Source: an uncultured Actinomycetota bacterium (lineage in GTDB: Bacteria > Actinomycetota > Actinomycetes > Mycobacteriales > Geodermatophilaceae). Taken from it: DNA of 64,000 nt. Both the position numbers and the translations under genes were made by a program. Location: NCBI GenBank assembly GCA_963748305.1, contig CAVVIN010000008.1:181798-245797 (forward strand). Reading direction: 5' to 3'. How positions within the stretch are numbered: the stretch's first letter is position 1; each line of letters opens with the position of its first letter. The notes under the pieces were generated by a model that ran no database searches, had not been told where the DNA came from, and saw only the letters and a program-made list of their open reading frames with translations. Of the stretch, positions 21,108 through 31,020 are shown one piece after another.

Positions 21108-23631
21108 GTGCCACCACACGACGAGAACTCGCCCGTCGCGCCGCGTGCCGGCTCCGTTCGCCGACCGCCGACCACGCGGACGCGTAGTACGGGGGGTGGC
21201 GGCCGGGGATCGGGTGGCGCCAGTGGTGGCCGGGAATCAGGTGGCTCCGGCGGTGCTCGCAAGCCACCACCGGGCGGTCGGGGCGGTCGCACCACCGCAT
21301 CGCGCGGCGGTTCGTCGAACGGACCCACCCGGGGTCGCCCCTCCGACGGCCGCAGCGCGGCCGGATCGGGCGGCCGGGGCAGCTCCTCCGGTGGCACCAA
21401 GGGCAAGGTCCGCAGCAAGAAGCAGCGTCGCCGTCGTCGGCTGAAGATCGCCGGCGCGGTCATCGCCGGCATGATCGTGCTGATGGGCGTCTTCGTCGGC
21501 GTCGTCTACGCCAGCACCGAGGTGCCCAGCCCCGACTCGATCAGCAACGCGCAGACCACCGTTCTCTACTACTCCGACGGCGCGACCGAGATGGCCCGCC
21601 TCGGCGACGAGAACCGGACGAACGTCACGCTGGACGAGATCTCCGAGCCCGCCCAGAACGCCGTGCTGGCGGCCGAGAACCGCAGCTTCTACACCGACCC
21701 GGGCATCTCGTTCACCGGCATCATCCGGGCGGCCTGGAACAACGTCACCGGCGGTTCCACCCAGGGTGGGTCGACGATCACCCAGCAGTACGTGAAGAAC
21801 GCCTTCCTGACGGCGGACCAGACCTTCAGCCGGAAGTTCCAGGAGCTCTTCCTGGCGATCAAGCTGGACAACAACTTCACGAAGGAACAGATCCTCGAGA
21901 ACTACCTCAACACCATCTACTTCGGTCGCGGGGCGTACGGCATCGAGGCCGCGGCCAACACCTACTTCGGTGTGTCCGCCGCCCAGCTGACCGCTCAGCA
22001 GGGCGCGGTGCTCGCGGTCCTGATCCGCAGCCCATCGGCCTACGACCCGGCCGAGAACGCCGAGGGCGCCGCGGACCGCTGGGGCCTCGTGCTCGACGCC
22101 ATGGTCGAGGAGGGCTGGCTGAGCGCCGAGGAGCGCGCCGCCTCCACCTACCCGCAGGTGCGGCCCAACGCCGGCTCCTCGCTCGGCATCCCGGCCGGTC
22201 CCGAGGGCCTCATCGTGCAGCGCGCCCTCAACGAGCTCCGCGGCAAGGGTTACACCGACCAGCAGCTCTACGCCGGTGGTCTGCGGATCACGACGACCGT
22301 GGAGAAGGGCTGGCAGGACATCGCGCAGCAGGCCGTCACGGACGTCATGCAGGGCGAGCCGCAGAACCTGCGCCAGTCGCTGGTCTCGATCGATCCGCGC
22401 ACCGGGGCGATCCGCGCCTACTACGGCGGCCCGTCGGGTACCGGCACGGACTACGCGCAGGTCCAGCGCCAGCCGGGTTCGTCGGTGAAGCCCTACGTGC
22501 TGGCCACCGCGCTCGAGCAGGGCATCGGCGTCGACGCCCGCCGGGACGGCAGCTCCCCGCAGACCTTCCCGGACCGTGATGCGCCCGTGCGCAACTCGGG
22601 TGGGGCGTCCTGCGGGTCCTGCACGCTGCGCGACGCGATGACGCAGTCGCTGAACACGACGTTCTACGGCCTGGCCTACGAGGTGGGCCCGGAGAACGTC
22701 GCCGACACCATCCGCTCGACCGCCGGTATGCCCGACGTCTGGGAGAACGGCTTCCTCGAGGGCAACACGACGCTGGCCAACGCCGAGGGCGGCACCGGCT
22801 CGGCCATCGGCATCGGTGAGTACGAGATGCGCCCGATCGACCAGGCGCACGGGTTCGCCACCTTCGCCGACGGCGGCATCGAGCGCGAGCCGTTCATCGT
22901 GTCGAAGGTGGCCGACAACGAGGGCGCCGTCCTGCTGGAGTACGGCGGCGACGGCGGCGAGCAGGTCATCGCGCCGGAGGTCGCGCACGACGTCACGTAC
23001 GCGCTGACCGACGTCGCCGACTACTCCCGGCGCTCCCTCGACGACGGCCGGCCGGTCGCCAGCAAGACGGGTACGCAGGGGCTCGACGCGGAGAACAACA
23101 CCGACGCCTGGATGGTCGGCTACACGCCGTCGATCTCGACCGCGGTCTGGATGGGTACCGACGCGCGTGAACCGATCATCAACATGGACCAGCGGATCAT
23201 CTACGGGTCGGGCCTGCCCGGCGCGATCTGGCAGCGGTTCATGAGCGCAGTGCTCGCCGGTAGCCCGGTGGAGGACCTGCCGACCTCACCGTCCATCGAC
23301 GGCGACACCGGCGAGGGCGTCCCGGCCCCGACGACGTCGCAGCAGCCGACCACGCAGGCCTCCACGTCCTCGGCGCCGACGACGACGTCCTCGACTCCCC
23401 CGCCGCCGACGGAGCCCGTCGACTCGGACGGAGATGGGGTTCCGGACGACGAGGACTTCGCGCCCAACGACCCCGCGGTCACCGCCCCACCCGAGCCGGT
23501 CGACTCCGACGGAGATGGGGTTCCGGACGACGAGGACTTCGCGCCCAACGACCCCAGCGATCTCCGCGCCCCCCACGGCGCCCGGGACTCCCACTGGACC
23601 CGGCAACGGCCAAGGCAACAACGGCGGCTGA
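21108..23631 (+). CDS. ponA1: class A penicillin-binding protein (transglycosylase plus transpeptidase, PonA1-like) with a C-terminal acidic repeat tail. There is a probable frameshift in a C6 run near 23565.
   Basis: TM anchor, GT51 motifs (AVLAAENRSFYTDPGIS, RKFQELFLAIKLD), transpeptidase motifs (SSVKP, SRN, KTG at VASKTGTQ). The natural end appears to be ...APPTAPGTPTGPGNGQGNNGG* in the adjacent frame (23434-23631). Confidence 0.8.
23412..23555 (+). repeat. 2 x 81-bp in-frame tandem repeat encoding EPVDSDGDGVPDDEDFAPNDP (thrombospondin-type-3-like Asp-rich motif) in the PBP C-terminal tail
   Basis: Units at 23412-23492 and 23493-23555 are almost identical. Confidence 0.6.
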
Positions 23632-23649
23632 ACCCGGCACGGCAGACTG

Positions 23650-25186
23650 ATGCCGTGACCCAGCCGCCCGACGACGGCGTCCCCACGGACCCCTCCGGCT
23701 TTCCGCCGCAGGGGTCCGTGGCGTTCGTGCCCATCGGGCGGACGGCACCCGCGCGGCCCGACCGCGTCGTCCCGACCTGGGTGGACCCGGTCGCCGTGCA
23801 GGCCAGCGAGGCCGTCGGCGGCCCCTGGGGCCGGTACGCCGTCACCGGACGTTCGCTGTTCTGGACGCCGCTGCGCGTGTGCCTGCTGTTCACCACGCTC
23901 ACCCTGGCGCTCGCCTGGATCAAGCAGGCGCCGTGCGCCTCCGGCGACTGGTCCGGCTTCGTCCAGTACACGCACTTCTGCTACTCCGACACCGTGCCGC
24001 TCTTCGGGCTGCACGGGCTGGGCGCGGCAAGGTCCCCTACCTCGACGCCCCGGTCGAGTACCCGGTGCTCACCGGCGGCTTCATGGCCGCGTCGGCCGGC
24101 TTCGCGCGGGCCTACGACGACGCCGCGCAGGCGTTCGGCCTGCTGCCCACGGTCCCGCCGGTGCAGAGCTACTACATCGTCACCTGCCTGCTGCTCTCGC
24201 TGTGCGCGCTGCTGGTCACCCGGGCGGTCCTCGGGCTGTCCGGCCGGCGGCCGTGGGATGCCGCGATGGTCGGTCTCTCCCCGCTGCTGTTCGTGCACGC
24301 GTTCACCAACTGGGACCTGTTCGCGGTCGCGCTGGCGACCCTGGGTCTATGGGCGTGGGCGCGCAACCGGCCGGCGGTGGCCGGGATCCTGCTCGGCCTG
24401 GGGGTCGCGGCCAAGCTCTATCCGGCGCTGCTGCTGGTCGGGCTGTTCTGGCTCTGCCTGCGGGCCGGGACGCTGCGCGTCTGGTTGCGGACGACGGTCA
24501 TCGCGGTCGCGACGTGGGCCGCGGTCAACGCGCCCATCGCGCTGCTCGCCCCGGACAACTGGAGCCGCTTCTTCCGGCTCAACAGCAGCCGTCCGGCCGA
24601 TCCGGACACGGTCTGGAACCTGCTGCTCGCCGCCACCGACCACCAGCTCCTGGACGGGCCGCTCGGGGTCGGCGAGTCGCCTACGGTGCTCAACCTCGTC
24701 GTCGCCGTCGTCCTGCTGCTGATGGTCGCGGGTGTCGGCTGGCTGACGCTCGCGGCGCCGGTCCGGCCGCGGGTCGCGCAGATCGCCTTCCTGCTGGTCG
24801 CCGGGTTCCTGTTGCTCAACAAGGTGTGGAGCCCGCAGTACTCGCTGTGGCTGCTGCCGCTCGCGGTGCTGGCCCGGCCGAAGTGGCGCTCGCTGCTGCT
24901 CTGGCAGGCGGCCGAGGCGCTGCTGTGGGTGCCGCGACTGCTCTGGTACCTCGGCACCGACAACCGCGGCGTGAAGGTCGAGTGGTTCTTCCTCGGCGTC
25001 ACGATCCGCGACATCGCGGTGCTGATGCTCATGGGCCTGGTCGTGCGCGACATCCTGCGGCCCGACGGCGACGTCGTCCGGACGAGCTGGCTGGGCACCG
25101 ATGACCCCGCCGGAGGTCCGCTGGACAACGCCCCCGACCGCATCGTGCTGCGCCGCCCGATGATGATCAGGTCACCTGATCATTAG
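23650..25186 (+). CDS. DUF2029 / glycosyltransferase-87-like polytopic membrane protein (Rv0051-like). One frameshift near 24020. The start is uncertain.
   Basis: The N-terminal part is in the 21108 frame (LFWTPLRVCLLFTTLTLALAWIKQAPCASGDWSGFVQYTHFCYSD). The rest is ORF 23879-25186 (...KVPYLDAPVEYPVLTGGFM...AAKLYPALLLV...KVWSPQYSLWLLPL). Confidence 0.55.
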
Positions 25187-25243
25187 GGGTCCTGGCTCAG
25201 CATCGACGGTGAGCCAGGACCCCATACGCTGAGCCAGGACCAC
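25187..25243. terminator. bidirectional terminator between convergent genes. Two adjacent palindromes: an 8-bp inverted repeat, then a 14-bp-stem hairpin.
   Basis: gatcaggtcacctgatc, followed by ggggtcctggctca gcatcgacgg tgagccaggacccc. It lies between the DUF2029 stop (25186) and the TIM-barrel gene stop (25265). Confidence 0.5.
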
Positions 25244-25264
25244 CCACGGTGAGCCAACCGGGTG

Positions 25265-26098
25265 TCAGGACAGAGCTGAGCGCAGCAGCGCGATCTCCTC
25301 GGCATGGCCCGCGGCGTCACCGGGGGTCTCGAGGACGATGGGGCAGCCCGCGGCCCGGGCCACCTCGACCAGGAGCTCGGTCGGGATCTCGCCGTCGATC
25401 AGCGGGGCGTGCCGGTCGCGGCTCGAGCCCGCCGCGTCCCGGCTGTTGTTCAGGTGGACGAGGTCGATCCGGCCGGTGATCGCCCGGACGTCGTCGACGA
25501 CGGTCGTGAGGTCCCAGCCGGCCGCCCACGCGTGACAGGTGTCGAGCACGAAGCCGGCGCCGAACTCGCCGATGGCCTCCCAGAGCCGGCCGATCGCATC
25601 GAGGTCGCGGGCCATGGCGTTGCCGCCGCCCGCGGTGTTCTCGATCAGCAGGGGCAGCGGGAAGCCACCGTCGTCGGCCTGGCGGGCGAACGTCTTGCGC
25701 CAGTTGTCGACGCCGACCGCGGGGTCGTCCTTGGCCAGCACGTGCCCGCCGTGGACGACGAGACCGACGGCGCCGATCGCCGCGGAGGCCGTGGCATGCG
25801 CGGCGAGCAGCTTGCGGCTCGGGATGCGGATGCGGTTGTTCGTCGTCGCGACGTTGAGCATGTACGGCGCATGGACGACGACCATGACGTCGGAGGCGAG
25901 CAGCTCGGATGCGTCCGGGCGGGGCTTCGGGGTCGCGTAGCTCTGCGGATCGGTGAGGAAGACCTGGACCCCGTCCGCGTCCATCTCCGCCGCGCGGGCG
26001 AGCGGGCCGCCGTCGAGCAGCTCGTTGTCATCGGTCAGACCAGGGCCGATGTGGACACCGATCGGGTGAGGGGCGGGTCCGGGCGGGTGAATAGGCAT
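25265..26098 (-). CDS. xylose-isomerase-like TIM-barrel protein (AP-endonuclease family 2 / sugar phosphate isomerase-epimerase)
   Basis: Intact 277 aa: ...VVVHAPYMLNVATTN...LVVHGGHV...LLIENTAGGGNAMARDLDAIGRL...DTCHAWAAGWDL. Confidence 0.6.
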   Translation of the reverse strand: MPIHPPGPAPHPIGVHIGPGLTDDNELLDGGPLARAAEMDADGVQVFLTDPQSYATPKPRPDASELLASDVMVVVHAPYMLNVATTNNRIRIPSRKLLAAHATASAAIGAVGLVVHGGHVLAKDDPAVGVDNWRKTFARQADDGGFPLPLLIENTAGGGNAMARDLDAIGRLWEAIGEFGAGFVLDTCHAWAAGWDLTTVVDDVRAITGRIDLVHLNNSRDAAGSSRDRHAPLIDGEIPTELLVEVARAAGCPIVLETPGDAAGHAEEIALLRSALS

Positions 26099-26241
26099 CG
26101 CTAACGACCCTAGTTCGGTCGCAGTTTCAGGTTTACCCGTATCGCCGGCGTCACATCATCGTTCTTGCAGCGTGACGGGGGTTACTCCCCAGTAGCTCGG
26201 GGAATCAATGTCCTGTGCGTCGACGTGGAGGTAGGCAACAG

Positions 26242-27283
26242 ATGGCAAGCGGTCGGATCCGGCGAAGTGCGCGACGCGGTCTCGCGATCGCGGTGCTCGG
26301 CTGGCTGGGCGTGGCAGCCTTCTCCGTGCTGATGGCGCCCAGCGCCAGCGCGGCCCCCAGTGCAACGGTCACCATCCAGAACGTCACGCCCCCCGCGGTC
26401 AGCGTGGACCAGGGCGGCACGGTCACGTTCATCAACGGGATCCCGGCCCAGAACAAGGGCGGCGTCTCCGTGCCCCTGGTGGGCACGTTCTCCGCCACCG
26501 TCTACACCGACGTGGCCGTCACCTTCTTCGGTGAGAAGCGGGCCCTGCAGCCGGGCCAGTCCACCGCGTGGAACTTCAACGACCCGGCGACCACCGGCGA
26601 GATCAGCTACACGTACCGGATCGTCCCCCAGTCGGGCCTGTCCGCGACCGTCGCCAACCAGGTGATCAACACCGTCGCCGGCTCGCTGCCGGCGCTGCCG
26701 GTGCCCACGCCGTACGTGGTGCAGACGATCCTCCCGGACCTGCCCACGCTGCCGGGCGCCAACCTGCCGCAGCTGCCCACGGTGACCGTGCCGCTGCCTG
26801 ACCCGACCGGCACCGTGCCGACCAACCCCGAGGTCAACCCCACGGACCCGACCAACCCGACGAACCCGGGCGGCCCGGCCGCGGGCCCGGCCCCGGAGGG
26901 CATCCCGGGTTCGCAGTACAACTACGACCTCGGTGGCAGCACGCCGAACCTCTCGCCGACGGACACCGTCGCGGCCGCGGCGTTCGACCCGTCCCGGTTC
27001 TTCGTCCCGGGTGAGAGCCTCGGCGGCGCCGAGGGCGCCAGCGCCAGTGGCGAGGGCGCCGGCGGTCAGCCGGGCAGTTACGACGGCGCCTCGGTGCCGG
27101 TCTTCGGCCAGTTGGCCGGCCTGGACGGCGCCGCCCTCGACGAGGAGGCCGCGGCCGAGGCCGCTGCGGTCCGGCGAGAACGCTCCGGCGCTGCCGGCCG
27201 CCGCGCTGGCCGCGGTCGTCGCCCTGGTCGCGGTGACCGCCGCGCTCGTCCGCACCCACCAGTCCCAGCGCGCCTCGCGCTGA
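26242..27283 (+). CDS. secreted Pro/Thr-rich protein with a signal peptide and a C-terminal TM anchor. One frameshift near 27170.
   Basis: [40 protein letters not shown]... The C-terminus is in ORF 26933-27283 ([31 protein letters not shown]). Confidence 0.45.
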
Positions 27284-27287
27284 GAAA

Positions 27288-27341
27288 GGACCCCGTCCTC
27301 CTCACGGCTCGCAAGCTCGCGGCGAGCCTCTGGACGGGGCC
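27288..27341 (+). repeat. copy A of the roughly 54-nt nested-hairpin element, starting 5 nt after the stop at 27283
   Basis: TGA-GAAAGGACCCCGTCCTCCTCACGGCTCGCAAGCTCGCGGCGAGCCTCTGGACGGGGCC. It has the same ends and central TCGCAAGCTCG as copy B, but a different inner stem that is still self-complementary. Confidence 0.55.
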
Positions 27342-27579
27342 GGGCCCCGCGGCTGTCGTCCCTTCGTCGGGGACGGCGGCCGCGGTTCGTCGTGGGGCGT
27401 GGATCTCGCGTGCGCGCTCCACGGATGTGCCCCTGTGGACAGCGCGGAGGGGCGTCGCGCCGGACGCTGGTAGCCTGTCCACAGCGCGTTCCGGCACTCG
27501 CTGGGGCGCGCGACGCGTGTACGACCCTCCTGCTGCAGATTCCCTGCAGCCGCTGAGACCAGAGGAGGTGGGGTTCTCC

Positions 27580-27870
27580 GTGCGTCACTACGAATTGATG
27601 GTCATCCTCGACCCCGAGCTCGAGGAGCGCACCATCGCTCCTTCCCTCGACCGGTTCCTGACCGTCATCACCAAGGCCGGCGGTTCCGTCGGCAAGGTCG
27701 ACATCTGGGGCCGGCGTCGCCTGGCCTTCGAGATCAAGAAGCAGATCGAGGGCATCTACGCCGTCATCGACATCGATGCCGAGCCCGCCGCTGTGTCCGA
27801 GCTCGACCGTCAGCTCAACCTGAACGAGTCGGTGCTCCGCACGAAGCTGATGCGGCCCGAGGTCCACTGA
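27580..27870 (+). CDS. rpsF: 30S ribosomal protein S6 (GTG start)
   Basis: [54 protein letters not shown]. Confidence 0.85.
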   Translation: MRHYELMVILDPELEERTIAPSLDRFLTVITKAGGSVGKVDIWGRRRLAFEIKKQIEGIYAVIDIDAEPAAVSELDRQLNLNESVLRTKLMRPEVH

Positions 27871-27871
27871 C

Positions 27872-28381
27872 ATGGCCGGCGAGACCGTCATCACCGTCGT
27901 CGGCAACCTCACCGCCGACCCGGAGCTGCGCTTCACGCCGTCGGGTGCCGCCGTCGCCAACTTCACCGTCGCGTCGACCCCGCGCACCTTCGACCGTCAG
28001 TCGCAGGAGTGGAAGGACGGCGAGGCGCTGTTCCTCCGCTGCAACGTGTGGCGCCAGGTCGCCGAGAACGTGGCCGAGTCCCTCACCCGGGGCTCGCGGG
28101 TCATCGTCAGCGGGCGGCTGAAGCAGCGTTCGTTCGACACCAAGGAAGGCGAGAAGCGCACCGTCATCGAGCTGGAGGTCGACGAGATCGGCCCCTCGCT
28201 GCGCTACGCCACGGCCAAGGTCACCCGCGCCTCGCGCGGTGAGGGCGGCGGCAACTTCGGTGGCGGCGGCGGCGGAGGTGGCTTCGGCTCCTCCGGCGGC
28301 GGCGGCGGTGGTGGCGGCGGCGGCGGTGCGAGCGACCCGTGGTCGACGCCCGCCGGCCCGTCCGACGAACCGCCCTTCTGA
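27872..28381 (+). CDS. ssb: single-stranded DNA-binding protein
   Basis: [35 protein letters not shown]...RCNVWRQ..., a Gly-rich tail, and C-terminal DEPPF. Confidence 0.9.
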   Translation: MAGETVITVVGNLTADPELRFTPSGAAVANFTVASTPRTFDRQSQEWKDGEALFLRCNVWRQVAENVAESLTRGSRVIVSGRLKQRSFDTKEGEKRTVIELEVDEIGPSLRYATAKVTRASRGEGGGNFGGGGGGGGFGSSGGGGGGGGGGGASDPWSTPAGPSDEPPF

Positions 28382-28425
28382 TCCCCTCTTTCTCTCCCTG
28401 AACTCTTCGTATCTGGAGTACCCCG

Positions 28426-28662
28426 GTGCCCAAGCCCCCTGTTCGCAAGCCCAAGAAGAAGGTCTGCCAGTTCTGCAAGGACAAGGCGACCTACGTCGAC
28501 TACAAGGACACGACCCTGCTGCGGAAGTTCATCTCCGACCGCGGCAAGATCCGTGCCCGCCGCGTCAGCGGCAACTGCAGCCAGCACCAGCGTGACGTCG
28601 CCACGGCCGTGAAGAACAGCCGTGAGATGGCGCTGCTGCCCTACACCTCGACGGCGCGCTGA
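28426..28662 (+). CDS. rpsR: 30S ribosomal protein S18
   Basis: [64 protein letters not shown]. Confidence 0.9.
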   Translation: MPKPPVRKPKKKVCQFCKDKATYVDYKDTTLLRKFISDRGKIRARRVSGNCSQHQRDVATAVKNSREMALLPYTSTAR

Positions 28663-28664
28663 TC

Positions 28665-29120
28665 ATGAGCACGATGAAGCTGATCCTGACCCAGGAGGTC
28701 ACCGGTCTCGGTACCTCCGGCGACACCGTGGAGGTCAAGGGCGGTTACGGCCGCAACTACCTCCTCCCCCGCGGGCTGGCCATCAAGGCCACCCGGGGCG
28801 CTGAGAAGCAGGTCGAGTCCCTGCGCCGGGCGCGTGCCGCCCGCGAGGTGGCCTCGCACGAGGAGGCGCAGGCTCTCGCCGGGCGCCTCTCCGGCCTGAA
28901 GGTCCAGGTGCCGGCCCGCGCCGGCGACGGTGGCCGCCTGTTCGGGCGCGTCACGACCGCCGACGTCGCCGCCGCGGTGACCGCCGCCGGTGGCCCGGAG
29001 CTGGACCGTCGTCGTATCGACCTGCCGAGCACCATCAAGACGACCGGGGAGCACACGATCACCGTGCGCGTGCACCCCGAGGTGAGCACGCCGCTCACCA
29101 TCGAGGTCGTCGCCGGCTGA
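28665..29120 (+). CDS. rplI: 50S ribosomal protein L9
   Basis: [40 protein letters not shown]..., 151 aa. Confidence 0.9.
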   Translation: MSTMKLILTQEVTGLGTSGDTVEVKGGYGRNYLLPRGLAIKATRGAEKQVESLRRARAAREVASHEEAQALAGRLSGLKVQVPARAGDGGRLFGRVTTADVAAAVTAAGGPELDRRRIDLPSTIKTTGEHTITVRVHPEVSTPLTIEVVAG

Positions 29121-29132
29121 TACCCGCTCCAT

Positions 29133-29172
29133 CGGAAGGGGCGTCGGACTCCGGTCCGGCGCCCCTTCCGGC
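29133..29172 (+). terminator. perfect 12-bp-stem hairpin, 13 nt after the rplI stop
   Basis: ccggaaggggcg tcggactccggtccgg cgccccttccgg. Confidence 0.55.
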
Positions 29173-29194
29173 GGTCTGGGCCCCTCGTCGGTGA

Positions 29195-29435
29195 CCCTGT
29201 GGATTAGTGCCAGCTATCCCGCCCGCGTTCGGCGTTCTCCACCGGTGGACGGCGTCGCGCCGCGCGGCCTCATGTGACGAGTGGTGCGCTGCACAGAAAT
29301 AGTTCTGAACTTTCTCCCGTCCACAGCCGGTGGGCGGCCTTCGCGCAGGTGACGCGCGGGGGACGGTGGATGACGGCGACATGTCCCCCGCCGTCTCCAC
29401 ATGTCGACACGCCTCCATCCACCGACTTGTCCACA
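29195..29435. promoter_or_regulatory. cluster of DnaA-box-like 9-mers (TCCACA cores) in the rplI-dnaB intergenic region. Includes a perfect actinobacterial consensus TTGTCCACA at 29427-29435.
   Basis: tgtggatta (29195), ccaccggtgga (about 29243), CCGTCCACA (29318-29326), ctCCACAtg (about 29398), atCCACcga (about 29416), TTGTCCACA (29427-29435). Confidence 0.35.
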
Positions 29436-29553
29436 AGTTGTGCAGATCGGCGTGCACACCGGTGTTGGACGCCGCCCCTCCACCTTCCTAACGTCCTCCT
29501 CAGCTGCCGCCGGGCGCGCGGGGAAATGTCGGTGCCCGGCGGTAGCAATATCC

Positions 29554-29567
29554 CGAACACATGTTCG
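29554..29567. promoter_or_regulatory. LexA SOS box (Cheo-box type): CGAAC-ACAT-GTTCG, about 80 bp upstream of dnaB
   Basis: tcCCGAACACATGTTCGGtc matches the mycobacterial/Gram-positive consensus tcGAAC-N4-GTTCga across the whole core palindrome. Confidence 0.5.
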
Positions 29568-29649
29568 GTCCGGCGGCGCCCGCCGATCTCCCGGCTTCCC
29601 CACGGAGTGGTGATGCGGGCGCGCCTGCAACAACAGATGGAGGAAACCC

Positions 29650-31019
29650 GTGGCGGTGGCCGACGACTTCAGCCGACCGTCCGCGACGGCACCGGCCTAC
29701 GACCGGCAGCCGCCGCAGGACGTCGCAGCGGAGCAGTCGGTACTCGGCGGCATGCTGCTCAGCAAGGACGCGATCGCCGACGTGGTCGAGGTGCTGCACG
29801 GCCCCGACTTCTACCGCCCGGCGCACCAGGTGATCTTCGACTGCATCCTCGACCTGTACGGGCGGGGTGAGCCGGCCGACGCGATCACCGTCGCCGCCGA
29901 GCTCAACCGGACCGACCAGCTGTCGAAGATGGGCGGTGCGGTCTACCTGCACACGGTCATCCAGTCCACGCCGACGGCGGCCAACGCCGGCTACTACGCG
30001 GCGATCGTCGCCGAGCAGGCCGTGCTCCGGCGCCTGGTCGAGGCGGGCACCCGCGTCGTGCAGCTCGGCTACGGCGCGGCCGGCGGCAAGGGCGACGTCG
30101 ACGACATCGTCGACCGCGCGCAGCAGGAGATCTACGACGTCACCGAGAAGCGCATGAGTGAGGACTACTCGCGCCTCGAGGACATCCTGCAGCCGACGAT
30201 GGACGAGCTCGACGCCATCGCCTCACGGGGCGGGGTCAGCCGCGGTGTGCCGACCGGCATCCGCGACCTCGATGAATTGACCAACGGCCTGCAGGCCGGA
30301 CAAATGATCGTCATTGCGGCCCGACCTGGAGTCGGCAAATCAACGCTGGGTCTTGACATTGCGCGTTCCGCATCCGTAAAACACCATTTGCCCGCCGCGA
30401 TCTTCCGCTGGAAATGAGCAAGCACGAGATCACCATGCGTCTGCTCTCCGCAGAGGCGAAGGTGCCGCTGCACCACATGCGCGCCGGCACGCTCTCGGAC
30501 GAGGACTGGTCGAAGCTGGCCCGCCGCATGGGCGAGATCGCCGATGCGCCGCTCTACATCGACGACTCCCCCAACATGACGATGATGGAGATCCGCGCCA
30601 AGGCACGGCGGCTGAAGCAGCGCAACGACCTCAAGCTCGTGGTCATCGACTATCTCCAGCTGATGACATCGGGCAAGCGCGTCGAGAGCCGCCAGCAGGA
30701 GGTCTCGGAGTTCTCGCGTGCCCTCAAGCTACTGGCAAAGGAAATTGAAGTGCCGGTAATTGCAATGAGTCAGCTGAACCGGGGTTCAGAACAAAGGCAA
30801 GATAAAAAGCCAATGCTGTCGGACCTTCGCGAATCCGGATCGATCGAACAAGATGCGGATATGGTCATGATGATTCACCGGGAAGATATGTACGAGAAGG
30901 AATCTCCGCGGGCCGGCGAGGCCGACATCATGCTGGTCAAGCACCGTAACGGTCCCACCGCGAACGTCACGGTGGCCTTCCAGGGCCACTACAGCCGCTT
31001 CGTGGACATGGCGAACTGA
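29650..31019 (+). CDS. dnaB: replicative DNA helicase DnaB with no intein. One frameshift near 30398 (a missing T in ttc[t]cgctg).
   Basis: N-terminal ORF 29650-30417 (QSVLGGMLLSKDAIADVVEVL...IAARPGVGKSTLGLDIARSA). C-terminal ORF 30414-31019 (MSKHEITMRLLSAEAKV...LVVIDYLQLM...IAMSQLNRGSEQRQDKKPMLSDLRESGSIEQDADMVMMIHRED). Confidence 0.9.
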
Positions 31020-31020
31020 C

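Noticed and set aside
28230-28340. GGC/GGT trinucleotide repeat tract
   Set aside because: It encodes the normal Gly-rich flexible linker of SSB. It is not a noncoding microsatellite.
29650-31019. Possible intein within dnaB (common in mycobacterial dnaB)
   Set aside because: The gene length (about 457 aa) and a continuous alignment across both classical insertion sites show that no intein is present. Only the AT-rich flanks remain (see the dnaB finding).
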